A stretch of DNA of 64,000 nucleotides. Source: Giardia intestinalis. Its lineage: Eukaryota. This document shows, piece by piece, positions 40,122 through 51,526 of this stretch (position 1 is its first letter; every line of letters starts with the position of its first letter). The notes beneath the pieces were generated by a model. It was given only the letters and a program-made list of their open reading frames with translations, made no database searches and was not told where the DNA came from. The stretch lies in NCBI GenBank assembly GCA_000002435.2, contig CM018793.1; one strand, 5' to 3'. The position numbers and the translations under genes were made by a program.

Positions 40122-42380
40122 ATGTTTATGCATGGCTCAGGGTCGCAAGATTACGAAAAAATAATGAAGCCTACTGGCCTCTTTGACGTTGGAGAGCAAC
40201 CGACTCTCCAGGGGAATCAGGGCCGGCGAGCGGCTACTGTGCTTTCCTACAGTCTTTATGGTGATAGTAGTGGACTTGTAGCGTCGTTTTTTCGTATAAT
40301 TCATCAAGCACTCGCATTGCAACAAATTGAAATAGAATCCCTTCCAGTTTCCCAAGCAGAACGAGAAAGCACGTCCTTCAAACAGTGGGTTCCCCTGTTA
40401 ACTCGTGCGCTACAGCAGGAAATAACTGACATTGGAATTAGCAGCCTTGTTGATAACTTTTTCTCAGCCGAAAATGAACGAGATTCAATCTCTGCTCTTC
40501 TCAAAAGCTTACCCCCAACGATCTATAATTTCCTTTTTGCACGTCCCACAACGTGCTCTACATGTGGCAACACCACTAATATAGAGCCCCTTCTCTTTTT
40601 GGCTGAAGGAGAAAGCATTGAATCCCGGCTACAACGGGCTACCAATTGCAGTGTCTGTGGAGCTAACAGTCCTGAGTCAGCTTTGCAGGGGTTGATGCAG
40701 TGTGTCTGCCTACCACGTGGTTACGCTCACTCGATCCCTATGAGGCCTCCGTCTTCTCCTAGCGTTCTATTGGGGGCCGTTATAACAGTTAGTAATGGGT
40801 ATTATCTATGTACCTTTATAAACCCTCACATTATTACAGGGCAGACGGCAAACATCGTCAAGGATCGCTACTTTCTCCTGTATGCTCCTCATGATTCTCC
40901 TCTTAGGAGCATGCCTGGGAGCAGAGCTGCAGAACTAACTTATCTTAAGTACAGAAAAGTTAAACGGTATATAGATTCTCCAGCATCGTCTTCAGAAGCG
41001 GCCTTGTTGGGCTTGCCTGTGTATGCCATTTACTTTGATATAAGTGTCCTTACAAGTACAGTACGAGATCACCTTTATGCTATATTCACAGAAGAATCAC
41101 AACCCATACAAGCAGAGCATACGGTTTCCTCCAATACAGAGCCAGTTCCAAAGATGCTAGCTCCAGACTTGCCATCTATCTTTGAAATACCAGTTATCAA
41201 CCTGCAGGATCGGTATTCTTTTTCTAGATATGAAGAAGAAAGCTCAGAGAAGCACACAGCTGTCGAAAAAGCTGTTGTGGCATCTCCCTCCGTTAGCGTC
41301 CCACCGTTTCAGCAACCAGAAGTAACATATGTGTCCACACAGCGATACTGCCAGGATTGCCGCGATCACTGGATTATCTACCTCTTACTTGCTGGTCTTT
41401 TATTGGTCATCATAATCCTATTTGCTTTAGTGATTCGGTTTTACCTAAAGTTTGATAATCTGGTAGTTACTAATCTTCTTGTTACGCGGCGTGCATTTCT
41501 GGGATTTTCTGACTGGAACTCTCCAGACATACCTAGAGATCAGTTGGTCACCAACGATACAAGCTCAAGCAGTGCTACGCAAAACTACACTCTTGTTACA
41601 ACACGAGGCCTTTCCTCGTGGACCATTACAGATAACCTGATAGGGAATGGTGCGTTCCAAGCAAAAGATAATAAGGGTATCACAATCCAAGAGCTTCATG
41701 CAAATGAGGCTAACTTTAGCTCACTAAAGGTACAGAATCTTTTATTTAATCGTAGTCTTAGTCCAGATGCTACTGCAACGTCTACTCGCCTCTGGATCCA
41801 CGATCTATGGACAGATTTGGCCACGGTTAGTGACATACTGACAACAACCAACCTGACCGTCACAAATGACGTAACTACTGAGGCTTCTACACTTCCCGTT
41901 GAGGTGTCCAAAACTGTTACTGCAAATATCATTTCACAGCTCAGCGCCTTAACCATAAGCTCTCCAACGGGCTATCACAAGATTATCTCTGGGCCTGCAG
42001 CCCTTACTATCCCCAATGGACAGTTTACCTTTTCAGCCACCTCTTCTATTAAAGATCTTGATCTTATAACGGGATATTTCCAATTCACTGGCAAAACGAC
42101 CATCACCACGATGATTAGCAAGAACCTAATTGTTAACCTACTTGATCTAGGGAAAATGGACAGCAGAAGCAATATTACTGTAACCTCACTCAATGTAGGA
42201 GACGTCAAAATGGATAGTAGCGGGGTAACTTCAGGATCTGGTTCTTTCAGTATCAAATCAACTGCTACTGGAGTCCCACCAAGTACGCTAACACTTACAG
42301 GGGACCTGGGCCAAGGAGCTTTGACTGTCCAGCAAAGCACTACTGCGGCAGGGTGCACATGTGGCGTAGCACCTAATTAG
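40122..42380 (+). CDS. hypothetical single-pass membrane protein with N-terminal Cys-pair (zinc-ribbon-like) region and C-terminal T/S/N-rich ectodomain
   Basis: CSTCGNTTN...CSVCGANSPE pairs; TM WIIYLLLAGLLLVIIILFALVIRFYL (aa ~420); C-terminal half rich in T/S/N with NxT sites and beta-strand-like TxTxT periodicity. Confidence 0.5.
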   Translation: MFMHGSGSQDYEKIMKPTGLFDVGEQPTLQGNQGRRAATVLSYSLYGDSSGLVASFFRIIHQALALQQIEIESLPVSQAERESTSFKQWVPLLTRALQQEITDIGISSLVDNFFSAENERDSISALLKSLPPTIYNFLFARPTTCSTCGNTTNIEPLLFLAEGESIESRLQRATNCSVCGANSPESALQGLMQCVCLPRGYAHSIPMRPPSSPSVLLGAVITVSNGYYLCTFINPHIITGQTANIVKDRYFLLYAPHDSPLRSMPGSRAAELTYLKYRKVKRYIDSPASSSEAALLGLPVYAIYFDISVLTSTVRDHLYAIFTEESQPIQAEHTVSSNTEPVPKMLAPDLPSIFEIPVINLQDRYSFSRYEEESSEKHTAVEKAVVASPSVSVPPFQQPEVTYVSTQRYCQDCRDHWIIYLLLAGLLLVIIILFALVIRFYLKFDNLVVTNLLVTRRAFLGFSDWNSPDIPRDQLVTNDTSSSSATQNYTLVTTRGLSSWTITDNLIGNGAFQAKDNKGITIQELHANEANFSSLKVQNLLFNRSLSPDATATSTRLWIHDLWTDLATVSDILTTTNLTVTNDVTTEASTLPVEVSKTVTANIISQLSALTISSPTGYHKIISGPAALTIPNGQFTFSATSSIKDLDLITGYFQFTGKTTITTMISKNLIVNLLDLGKMDSRSNITVTSLNVGDVKMDSSGVTSGSGSFSIKSTATGVPPSTLTLTGDLGQGALTVQQSTTAAGCTCGVAPN

Positions 42381-42535
42381 GAGGACGTCAGTACAAAGCA
42401 GTTAGAGTAAATAATTAAGGCATTATACTGTGATCTGCAAATGATGTAGGATAGAGGTATAAGTTAGTCACGTCTCTAGCGGTTGACTTACTCCTAAGAG
42501 CCAATCAGCCATATTCTGTTAAGATTTAATTAAAA

Positions 42536-44203
42536 ATGGAGGATGGAGTAGCGAAAATTAAACCGGAGTTTCTGGTTTCTCATGGAACAAGCAATATCGG
42601 TGCGCATTCGTTGACCAAGGAAGGAGGGAGGAACGTCAATTTCGGCACCTCTAGTAACAGCTTGAGACAGCTTTGTAATAGCATCATCCTCAATAAGCAG
42701 TGTAAAAACCCAAAATGTAATGCATACCATGACTTGGATGAATTCTCTGTCTACTATACTCCTCCTCAGACATCCATTTCGTGCCACTTTTTGAAAACGT
42801 ATGGAAAGTGCCCCTTCTCCGTTAATTGCATGTACGCATCTTCTCACTTTCAGGAGTCGCTAGACGATCTATTTGCTAAAAAGTCTGTACCCACAAAGGA
42901 AGAGGTTGTCCCACTTTTAAACGCGTTCCCAGGGGCAACATTGGCAGACCTTCGACGAGGTGAATATAGAAAGTTGGGAGAAAAGCGTTCTTCTGTCATG
43001 CCATCGACTTCATTTACAAGTGCGTTCACCCGCTCAAAGTCGTCATCAGAGCAAAAGCCGCTCATGCTAGCTCCTATGTGCACCGTTGGCACCATTCCGT
43101 TTAGAAGACTTTGCATCCACTACGGCTGCGAAATTACTCTCTGCGAGATGGTATTCGCCAGAGACATTCTTCATGGAGATGCACAGGAGCTTAGAAAAAT
43201 AAAGCGCCATCCAGATGAAAAATGCTTCGGGATTCAGCTAGCAGGGCGAGGGCAGGAACTTATGGAGATAGTCAACTTCATTTCACAGTGCTGTTCGTGC
43301 GACTTCATTGACCTCAACGCTGCTTGCCCACAGGATATCGCGACAAAGAAGTGCTGTGGTGCTGCACTTGCTGCCAATCTAAAGAAGCTAGTCAGTTCTG
43401 TTGATTGCATGGTAAGAGGAGGGGAGCACTATGGTGTCCCTGTATTTCTTAAGATTCGGGCAGGGGATCTGCGCGGCGACTGGACAGGAGACTCTGTGGC
43501 ACAGGCCTTAAGGCTATCTGGTTTATATGGTTTAAGTGTCCATCTGCGTACGGCAAAGCAGCGCTACTCTAAATTAGCAAACTGGGACTACCTGGTATCT
43601 ATGCGGCATGCTTTGGATAATTGTGAAGAAAGTACAGCGCCTGATCTAGAACCACAACTTAAGCACGATATCAGTAGTAGTACCACCAACAGGCCCATTA
43701 TACGTACCCCTCCTTTGCTGGGAGGAAATGGAGACATATTCGATTATACAGATTTGCACCGTGACGACCATTCAACAGTTGACTATTATCTTATTGCACG
43801 AGGAGCACTTGTGAAACCGTGGATTTTTCAAGAGATCAAAGAAGGCCGTCGAATAGACATGTCGTCACAATCGCGACTCGAAATGCTGAAGCTTTTTGCA
43901 TCCTTCTGTTTAGAGTATTACGGATCTGACGCCCCTGGAGTTGAGAAGGCCAGAGCTCAATTCTTAGAGAACTGGAGTTTTATGTGCAGGTATATTCCCG
44001 TCGGTATACTCGATGAGCCACAGAAACTCAACCAACGGCCCCCGATGTTCCGCGGCCGTGATGAGCTAGAGACGCTAATGGCTTCTCAATCAGCCTCTGA
44101 TTGGGTCACCATCTCCGAGATGCTCTTTGGGCCTGTACCAGCGGGATTTTCCTTTGTACCGAAACACAAAAGTCATGGATATGTTTCCGAGTCTGTAAAT
44201 TAA
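42536..44203 (+). CDS. tRNA-dihydrouridine synthase, DUS3-like (CCCH zinc fingers + Dus TIM-barrel)
   Basis: N-terminal CCCH-type fingers (CKNPKCNAYHD; CHFLKTYGKCPFSVNCMYASSH) followed by Dus core LAPMCTVGTIPFRRLCIHYGCEITLCEMVFARDIL (cf. LAPM..VG.LPFR.LC...GADIT.SEM), catalytic-region C/K residues; ATG with aagatttaattaaaaATG initiator. Confidence 0.8.
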   Translation: MEDGVAKIKPEFLVSHGTSNIGAHSLTKEGGRNVNFGTSSNSLRQLCNSIILNKQCKNPKCNAYHDLDEFSVYYTPPQTSISCHFLKTYGKCPFSVNCMYASSHFQESLDDLFAKKSVPTKEEVVPLLNAFPGATLADLRRGEYRKLGEKRSSVMPSTSFTSAFTRSKSSSEQKPLMLAPMCTVGTIPFRRLCIHYGCEITLCEMVFARDILHGDAQELRKIKRHPDEKCFGIQLAGRGQELMEIVNFISQCCSCDFIDLNAACPQDIATKKCCGAALAANLKKLVSSVDCMVRGGEHYGVPVFLKIRAGDLRGDWTGDSVAQALRLSGLYGLSVHLRTAKQRYSKLANWDYLVSMRHALDNCEESTAPDLEPQLKHDISSSTTNRPIIRTPPLLGGNGDIFDYTDLHRDDHSTVDYYLIARGALVKPWIFQEIKEGRRIDMSSQSRLEMLKLFASFCLEYYGSDAPGVEKARAQFLENWSFMCRYIPVGILDEPQKLNQRPPMFRGRDELETLMASQSASDWVTISEMLFGPVPAGFSFVPKHKSHGYVSESVN

Positions 44204-44518
44204 ATTACCAAAGCACATTTATGTATCACTAGTTGGCGCTTTTGTATCTTGCTACGACTCAATGGTCTGCACATAGACTTAGGCTAACATAGCGGATTCA
44301 TCCTCGACGCCAGATAGTCTCATTGTGCACGTTCTCCTTTGCTCATAGTATGTACTGCACAAGGCTTTGCGTCAGCTGTGGGTGTCACTCTTCGCTTCTG
44401 AAGCTCGCCCAGCACATAGCGCAGGGTTCAGTGCCGAAGACAGGAGACCGTGGGCCTGAGCAGAGGAGCAAGCGCAGGATGAGACTATCTTTCGGACACT
44501 CCTTACTGCTATTAGCTA

Positions 44519-46684
44519 ATGTTCGAAAAAATTCTCTTCACAAACTGCATATTGCAATTGGCCTGGATAATACAAACAGTAGCTGGGGCATGCACACCGG
44601 GAGAAACTGGTCCAACTAAGTGTAAAACCTGTGACGCTATCATAGGCACAGACAGCTATTGCAGCGAGTGTGACCAGGCGGGCGAAGGACCCATCAATGG
44701 AGTATGTACAAGCGAGCTAAGCGGCAATACTTGCGCTAATAAGATATGCACCCAGTGCGTAAAGAATTACTTCTTATATAAAGGAGGATGCTATAAATTT
44801 GCCGAATCACCGGGAAACATCATATGTGAAGACGCGATAGATGCAGCTGGCGGAACGGACGGAGTGTGTACCACGTGCAAGGCTGCTAACGGCTTCTTCA
44901 AGCATCCCGCCCCTGCAGAAACAAAACAGTCCTGCATTGCTTGTAATGAAACGGCCGGAGTCGTGGACAGTGACACCACGTACAAGGGTACATCCAACTG
45001 CCTGAAGTGTGACCCGCCCGCTGCTGCAATTGGAGCTAGAGCAGATAAAATGGCAGTGTGCACTCTTTGCGATCAGACTAAGTATCTCAAGGAAAGCGCA
45101 TGTGTCGAGAAAGCAGGGTGCGGCGCCAACATGTTTGGTAAGCCAAGTGTACAGGACGGGAATAAATGCATTGCGTGCGGGGATTCAAATGCTGGTATAG
45201 AGGGTTGCGCTGAGTGCACTGCGCCTGATGAACCAACTATTAAACCCACCTGTACAAAATGCACCGGTAACAACTACCTGAAAACCACAAGCGAAGGCAC
45301 GTCGTGCGTACAAAAGGAACAATGTAATGGGGCCTACTTTCCTAATGATAGTGTAGACGGTAAGAAACAGTGCGTTTCGTGTGGCGATGCAACTAATAAA
45401 GGCATAACCGACTGCACTGCATGCAATCTACTCAGCAGTCCGCTAGAAACAGTTCTTATTAAATGCTCTGCCTGCAGAAGTGGGAAGAAGCCTAATGAAG
45501 ATGGATCTGCGTGCGTCGATGCCCCAGGGCCCTCTCCAGAAGAATGCTCGATCGAAGGATGTCAGATATGTTCGGATGACAAAAAGACGTGTGATAAGTG
45601 CCAATCAAACAACTATCTCACTCCAACAAAACTCTGCATATCTGATTGCAAGAAGCTCGGAAACTATTATTTAGCTACCGAGCAAACAACTGGGAGCTGC
45701 AGGGAGTGCGCTATGGTTAATTGCAAAGAGTGTACTGAGAACGGTAAGTGTGGAATATGCAACGATGGCTTTTACCTCCTGAATGAGGAATGTAAGCCAT
45801 GTAATGATAGTTGCAAGACGTGCGAGGGTGGAGTGGAATCTGATAAGTGCACTAGCTGTAAGTCTGGAAGTGCTCTTATTTATGCAGGCAACGGAAATAC
45901 AGGCACATGTAGTCTTGGTTGCATACCCAAATCAAGTGCAGATCCTGGGTCTTGCAAGACATGTGATTTAGCTATTGATGGGACAAAGTATTGCTCAGTG
46001 TGTAATGTGGATAAAGAATACCCTCAAAACGGAGCTTGTGCTGGCATCAAGGCGCGTGCATCCTCATGCCAAGATGGAAATGTTAATAATGGTGTATGTA
46101 GTAAGTGCGAGACAGGGTTCTTCCTTATGAATGGGGGATGTTATGAAATAACCAAGTATCCCGGGAAAACAGTTTGCAGTAAGACAGCGGCTGATGGTAC
46201 ATGTGAGACACCCGCGACCGGCTTTAGTCTAAGTAGCAATACACTCAAAGCTTGCTTTGAAGGTTGTGCTAAGTGTGCTACTGGTGACGATTGTTCTGAA
46301 TGCATCAGCGGCTATGTATCAGGTAGTACCCCTAATAGTTGCGAAAAGTGTAGTACTGGTTGTGCTACATGCTACCCTACTGCCACGACTTGCACATCTT
46401 GTCTTGCTGGATACTATCAATCTGGACCTAAGTGCATTGCCTGTGATAAAGATGATTCTACTATCAAAGGTATTAGTAATTGCTTGAACTGCGCCCCTCC
46501 ATCGTCTGGTAGTGGCTCTGTCCTCTGTTATCTCATGAAAGGTGCCGACAACAACGGCGGGAGCACGAACAAGAGCGGCCTCAGCACAGGCGCCATAGCG
46601 GGGATCTCTGTCGCTGTCATCGTTGTTGTGGGGGGCCTCGTCGGCTTCCTCTGCTGGTGGTTCGTGTGCCGGGGCAAGGCGTGA
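44519..46684 (+). CDS. vsp: variant-specific surface protein (VSP)
   Basis: Signal peptide MFEKILFTNCILQLAWIIQTVAGA; ~40 CXXC motifs; GGCY motifs (YKGGCYKF, MNGGCYEI); C-terminal TM + invariant tail GAIAGISVAVIVVVGGLVGFLCWWFVCRGKA*; AGTAAAC poly(A) signal 8 nt after stop. Confidence 0.92.
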   Translation: MFEKILFTNCILQLAWIIQTVAGACTPGETGPTKCKTCDAIIGTDSYCSECDQAGEGPINGVCTSELSGNTCANKICTQCVKNYFLYKGGCYKFAESPGNIICEDAIDAAGGTDGVCTTCKAANGFFKHPAPAETKQSCIACNETAGVVDSDTTYKGTSNCLKCDPPAAAIGARADKMAVCTLCDQTKYLKESACVEKAGCGANMFGKPSVQDGNKCIACGDSNAGIEGCAECTAPDEPTIKPTCTKCTGNNYLKTTSEGTSCVQKEQCNGAYFPNDSVDGKKQCVSCGDATNKGITDCTACNLLSSPLETVLIKCSACRSGKKPNEDGSACVDAPGPSPEECSIEGCQICSDDKKTCDKCQSNNYLTPTKLCISDCKKLGNYYLATEQTTGSCRECAMVNCKECTENGKCGICNDGFYLLNEECKPCNDSCKTCEGGVESDKCTSCKSGSALIYAGNGNTGTCSLGCIPKSSADPGSCKTCDLAIDGTKYCSVCNVDKEYPQNGACAGIKARASSCQDGNVNNGVCSKCETGFFLMNGGCYEITKYPGKTVCSKTAADGTCETPATGFSLSSNTLKACFEGCAKCATGDDCSECISGYVSGSTPNSCEKCSTGCATCYPTATTCTSCLAGYYQSGPKCIACDKDDSTIKGISNCLNCAPPSSGSGSVLCYLMKGADNNGGSTNKSGLSTGAIAGISVAVIVVVGGLVGFLCWWFVCRGKA

Positions 46685-46691
46685 CTTAGGT

Positions 46692-46698
46692 AGTAAAC
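46692..46698 (+). promoter_or_regulatory. Giardia polyadenylation signal AGTAAAC (AGTRAAY) downstream of VSP stop
   Basis: tgacttaggtAGTAAACgcatc directly after TGA at 46682-46684. Confidence 0.7.
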
Positions 46699-46913
46699 GC
46701 ATCTCCTATTACATCTGCTCAGCAGCCTTGCGCAGAAGTCCAGGAATGAGTGGCCACGAAGCAGGGTCTCCTGACGTCTCGAGTAAACATACATAGTGCT
46801 CGCTCTGCGTGGAGCATCGAAAGCCCGGCGCGGTGTAGCCACGGCTGCTGGTTGGAGCGGAACGCGTTGGAGCTTTTTGAAAATGGCCCTACCCCGTGCC
46901 GGCCACGCGGCCT

Positions 46914-47534
46914 CTAGACCAGCGAGGCGAGGAGCTTCGTGATCCCCGGGCGCGCGCGGTAGCCATCAAATAGCTCGCGCAGCGGCGGAAACTGGTCCAC
47001 GAGCTCCGGACACTCTGCGTCCGCATAATACAGGACCTCCAGGACCGCGTAGTCCGAGTCGAGCGGCTCGAACGCCAGGCTCCGAAGGTTCAGCACGTCC
47101 CGGGTCAGGACGGTCAGCCCCGGAAGGATCCTGTTCTGTCGGTAGGCCGCGATGCACTCCGAGCGCGTCATCTCTGCCCCAGCGGCAAGGGCCTCTGCCA
47201 CGGCTTTGGGCTCCTTCCAGGCGGCGGCAAGGAGATCCTCACAGAAGAGCACCAGGGCCCGCGCAGCAGCCTGCACCTGCAATGACGTGCTGTACCGCCC
47301 CAGGCTCGCCCCCAGGTACTCCAGGATGACCATGCCCCCGGCCACCCGCGCCGCGCTGTCTTCCCACACGGGGAGCGTGCACGATGGTGCACCCACCTTC
47401 GCCGCGGCCACCTGCTCGGCGCTCGCCAAGGGCGCCCACTCGTACCGTATCTCCAGGTCTGCGAGCAGGAGCCGGCACTTCAACGCGGTGCCCCGGGCGT
47501 CGTAGTACGTGAGTCTCGGCGGAACTACGTCCAT
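46914..47534 (-). CDS. glutathione S-transferase-fold protein (cytosolic GST sigma/mu-like architecture), extremely GC3-rich
   Basis: MDVVPPRLTYYDARGTALKCRLLLADLEIRYEW...PVWEDSAARVAGGMVILEYLG parallels GST N-domain (KLTYFNxRGRAE.IR...I.YE...P.LEVDG..L.QS.AI.RYL); C-terminal alpha-helical domain; GC3 >80%; ATG at 47534 preceded by agaagtaaaATG. Confidence 0.5.
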   Translation of the reverse strand: MDVVPPRLTYYDARGTALKCRLLLADLEIRYEWAPLASAEQVAAAKVGAPSCTLPVWEDSAARVAGGMVILEYLGASLGRYSTSLQVQAAARALVLFCEDLLAAAWKEPKAVAEALAAGAEMTRSECIAAYRQNRILPGLTVLTRDVLNLRSLAFEPLDSDYAVLEVLYYADAECPELVDQFPPLRELFDGYRARPGITKLLASLV

Positions 47535-50500
47535 TTTACTTCTCTGGTGGGCTCGTATCAACTGTGCCAAGGTGCGAGGCAACCCCTGGCACGCGGGCCA
47601 CCTCTCCCGGGGGGAGATCCTTGGGTTTCAGTTTACTATCTGAGCGCCAGCTTCATGTAGCTGCTATACGTTGCTAACTGCTAGTACCTGCATAGATAGT
47701 GGTGGGGTTGGGGTGGACACTAGGCTGGCGCGATTTATGGAGGTCGTTTGCCTCCTGGGTCGTTTGAACCTCGAGGGTCCGGAATCTTCCAGTTGGACCC
47801 TCTAAATCATATCACGAACCATCAGACGGAGAGACCGACCCACAGCTGGTCAAAAGGGTCGGCAGTGATCGCAGCCACTGTGTCACTCGAGGACCTGTTG
47901 GGGCCCGGGACTCTGCAGAAGCTCCTCACTAGTTCGGTCTTGAAGTCCACGCTCTTGTGTGCCAAGATCCACGTCTTGTTATGCGTGCCGTGCTTTCCAG
48001 TATAATCGTGCTTATACTTGTCGCCCTCTCTAATGCAGTTTCTAATGCTACCATGACGGGACTTCTCGCTATTTTGTGCTTCATGTTTGTCAACACGGCC
48101 TAGGTGCCCTGCTGTCTGTTCTGCAGCCGCTTCATCTCCTGCTAGAAGGAAGCGAGAGCCCTTGGGTATCCGGTAAGACTTCTGAGTAAACGAGGTAATG
48201 CTTCGATGAGTGTACGTTAGTCGCATCGGCACAGAGCGCGTACTAACCAGACGAAGTCACATGTCTGCTAACTTCTATATAATATTCTAAAGCTATCCGG
48301 TCTCTGGGTGGCACCGCCAGGTGTGTAGTGGGGCCCGTGGCCATTAAGACCCAGAAGGGCCTCTTCTCCTACTTGGCTCCGGAGTCAGTCCCAGTAGAGC
48401 ATTGTTATGAGGCTGGTGTGCAGAGAGACACCGGATAGTTTGTACCGGTACACACCCCTTGTCCCCAGACGGCACTCACCAGGAGTAGGCATTCGTAGAA
48501 CCGCAGCATCGTGGGCTTGTGCACCGCTCGCTGCCCATGCACGTGTAGCTGCAGGCACACAAGCCAGTCGAGAGGCGCTCACTTGCCGGAGCTCCCTAAT
48601 CACTGTTCAGAACACCGAACCGACGCCCCTGCCAGCGCGCCGCTCTTTGTAAGATACCCCAGAGGAACTCCAGTCGTCGCTCAACAGCGTGCATACCCGA
48701 GGCCTCTGTCTAGGGAACACTGCGCCCGCCTCTGCATGTCTTGAAGTGCAGAAAAGAAGGTCTACCGATAGAGCCCTACACCATGTCCAGACATCCTATG
48801 TTTTCAGAATCTTCGCGCAAGGATAAGAGGTAGGATGGGCAGAACTTGGCTGGCCTCGCGTCATGCAGATAGCGATGCTATGCGTACCACGTGATTGCAT
48901 GTCACCGCACAAAGACAAGAGCCTGTATCAGCAGCCGACGGCATTTTACCAGTAGACCGAGGGACATTCCCGCACTGTACTCATTCTCCTGTGTAACTTT
49001 CAAGCATGTTCGGTCGTGCTGGACGCTGCCTTTAGTCATATCTTGCTGAATAGCCAACGCAGTTGGCAGTGACCCCAAATATAGTGCGCCTTGCCTAATT
49101 CAGACTCCGGGATAGGCGTGTGGAAGACAAGCAGACGCATAGTATGGAGCACAGAGAGCCGTAGAGACAGTTCTAAGCGCATCATAGAGAAGCAGAGTGG
49201 GCTGTGGCCTCATGTGGTTAGAGGTATATGATCGTATAGTCTTCTGTTCAGGACACATATCTTGGGAGCCACTGCGTTGAGTCCTCTAGACCATCACTTG
49301 GAGGGCGAACCGTCGTGCAATGCAGGGCTGCATGCCAAAAGACACATGTCTGTCAGGAGAAGGTCGAAGGACGGATCCACAGGCATTGCATGACTTGCTG
49401 GCATTCTTCTGTACAGAGCGTAATGCCTCGTGACAGGGAAGTCGTAGTTTTGTCACCAACCCCAATAGGGCTAAGGCATGATCAACGCAGAACTATGCAT
49501 TCCTGCTGTGGTGTCCACAGAAGTGCTTGTCGAAGAGGATGTTCGCGCTCTCTGAGGGTACACACGAGGAGGGGCTGTGTAATGCGAAGAGCCGGGCACA
49601 GACCTTAAAGGGCTCAGGCTCGTGGTCATAAAAAGTCGCTCCTGCCCGTCTCCGCGGGTACTGCAGTCCTCGATGGTGGATCATCGCATCTTCTCCTTAA
49701 CCGGCACATTGGCAGCCTGGTCTCTGGCGCAGGCACGCAGAGCATCGGGCCAGAAGCGCCGACTCGTTACCTCCTTTGCTCAGCCAAGTCCCGTGTTGGC
49801 CACAGAACACGCGTGTCTGCCCCCAGTGCGTAGCCGCTGAATCCTCAACAGAGGGACGTGTTCAGAAGTCTACGCTAACGCAGCCCACTGCAAGCAAAGT
49901 TCATCTGTCTCTCAGAGAAGAGGCGGCTGGGCCGTGTGTTGCGCATCAAGAGGCCTTTGTGAAGGGCGCCCGCACGTCTCGTCACACATGTGCGTCCGAG
50001 TGACAAGTAGCAGCCGGCGATACGGCCGCCCTCGGCTTCGCAGACACAGCGGGTGTGCTTACTGGTGTTCAAAGCAGTATGCCGTTGATCGTGGCATGCC
50101 TTTTCTCCAGGAGGGCTGGACGCCACTCGAATTGTGACTGTGTGCCATAGACGGGTGCTCTCCTTGTTACTCTGTAACACTCGTGCGCATCGGGACCGGC
50201 GATTCGCATCTGTGATCCAGACAGGAGCAGCGTCTTGTACTTCCGAGTAAGATGCAGCCGGCCCGCGAGCCTACGTGCCGATCTATAGTCTATAACAAGC
50301 AAGCGGCAACCACTTGGCGTGCTACTCACGTGGACATTGCAGACTCTGCATCTGAATCGAGAGGCTTGACAGCGTACCGATTCCACGCTTGGCCGTCATA
50401 GGAGCCGCTTCCTTCTGCTCAGTAGTAAGCAGTCCGGCTTTACCGGTAGGAATGATCGATATAGCTGAGTGGCCCGAATAGACCCTAGTGACACCACGGC

Positions 50501-51526
50501 TTTCTGTTTATATTAAACGCCTTCGCTGTACTGGGGTCTCAGTGAGAAGACGAGCACAGATCCAGGCATGCAAGCCTTTAGAGATGCGTACTCCACGCAA
50601 TTCCGGTGTGCTCGCCTGACGAGTCCTACTGCTCTAGCCGGCATACCGTTAGATCCTTCTGTACAGATTGAGCGAGCAGATATTAGCATACGGGTCACGT
50701 TAAGTACCTATGTTCAAGGCAGCTGCTGTTGAACGGGCACACCCAGAGCCACTGTCACGTAAGATGCCAGCAAGATTCGCGGCCGCAGATCACACTGTAA
50801 TCTGGCGACTGATTTGGTCATGTCGCTTCTTTATCGGCTGGAAACTCGACTGGAAGCGACAGAGAGCACGTCGGGAGAACTCGATGGGAGAGGACTGGCA
50901 GGGCTTCCTGCGCCACGGGGGGAGCCACCGCAGGAGGACGCGCAGGCACGCACGCCAGGCCACAGTAGACACGCGGACGCCCCTGTAGACTGGGCCGGCA
51001 GCAGGCGTCCGCAGAATCCGCGCCAGAGCCAGCTGCTCAAAAAACTGGGCAGCCTCTGGTCGTGTGCAGGCCTTGCAGAGCGCTGCGGCTCCCGACACTC
51101 GGCGACCCCTCTCAGAGCGGAAGACCCCGCGGGCCGCAGGCAGCAGCTCGTCGTCGGCGATGTCCCGAACGAGGGGGACGGCCCCAGCCTGCCTGCCTCC
51201 GCAGAGCTCTGGGTGTCTGCAGACAAACCGGGGCTGCGCAGGGCGCGGCTCTCCCTGGCGGCCGAGGGCGGGGATCCCCGGCAATACCAAAAAACTCCGA
51301 TCAATACATCAACCCCGGCGCCGCCGTGTGCAAAGCAGTCTGTTCTGTGTGGCGACCTAAGCCAACTCGTACTGCGGCGATGGCCCGGATGAGGGCGCCC
51401 TGCTCGCCCGACGGACCGGGGCAGGCAGGCAACAAACACCCGCTAAAACTTTTGCGCAAGGCCTGTACATATTTAATTTCACATTATTCGTTGGTCTGTT
51501 TTTAGTTTTATCGCCGCTTCTATTGG

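Noticed and set aside
46319-46702. ORFs antisense to the VSP C-terminal ends (46319..46702, 46528..46842, 55444..55647, 55469..55723, 61685..61964)
   Set aside because: Shadow ORFs on the strand opposite to VSP TM/tail coding sequence; repeated only because the VSP 3' module itself is repeated.
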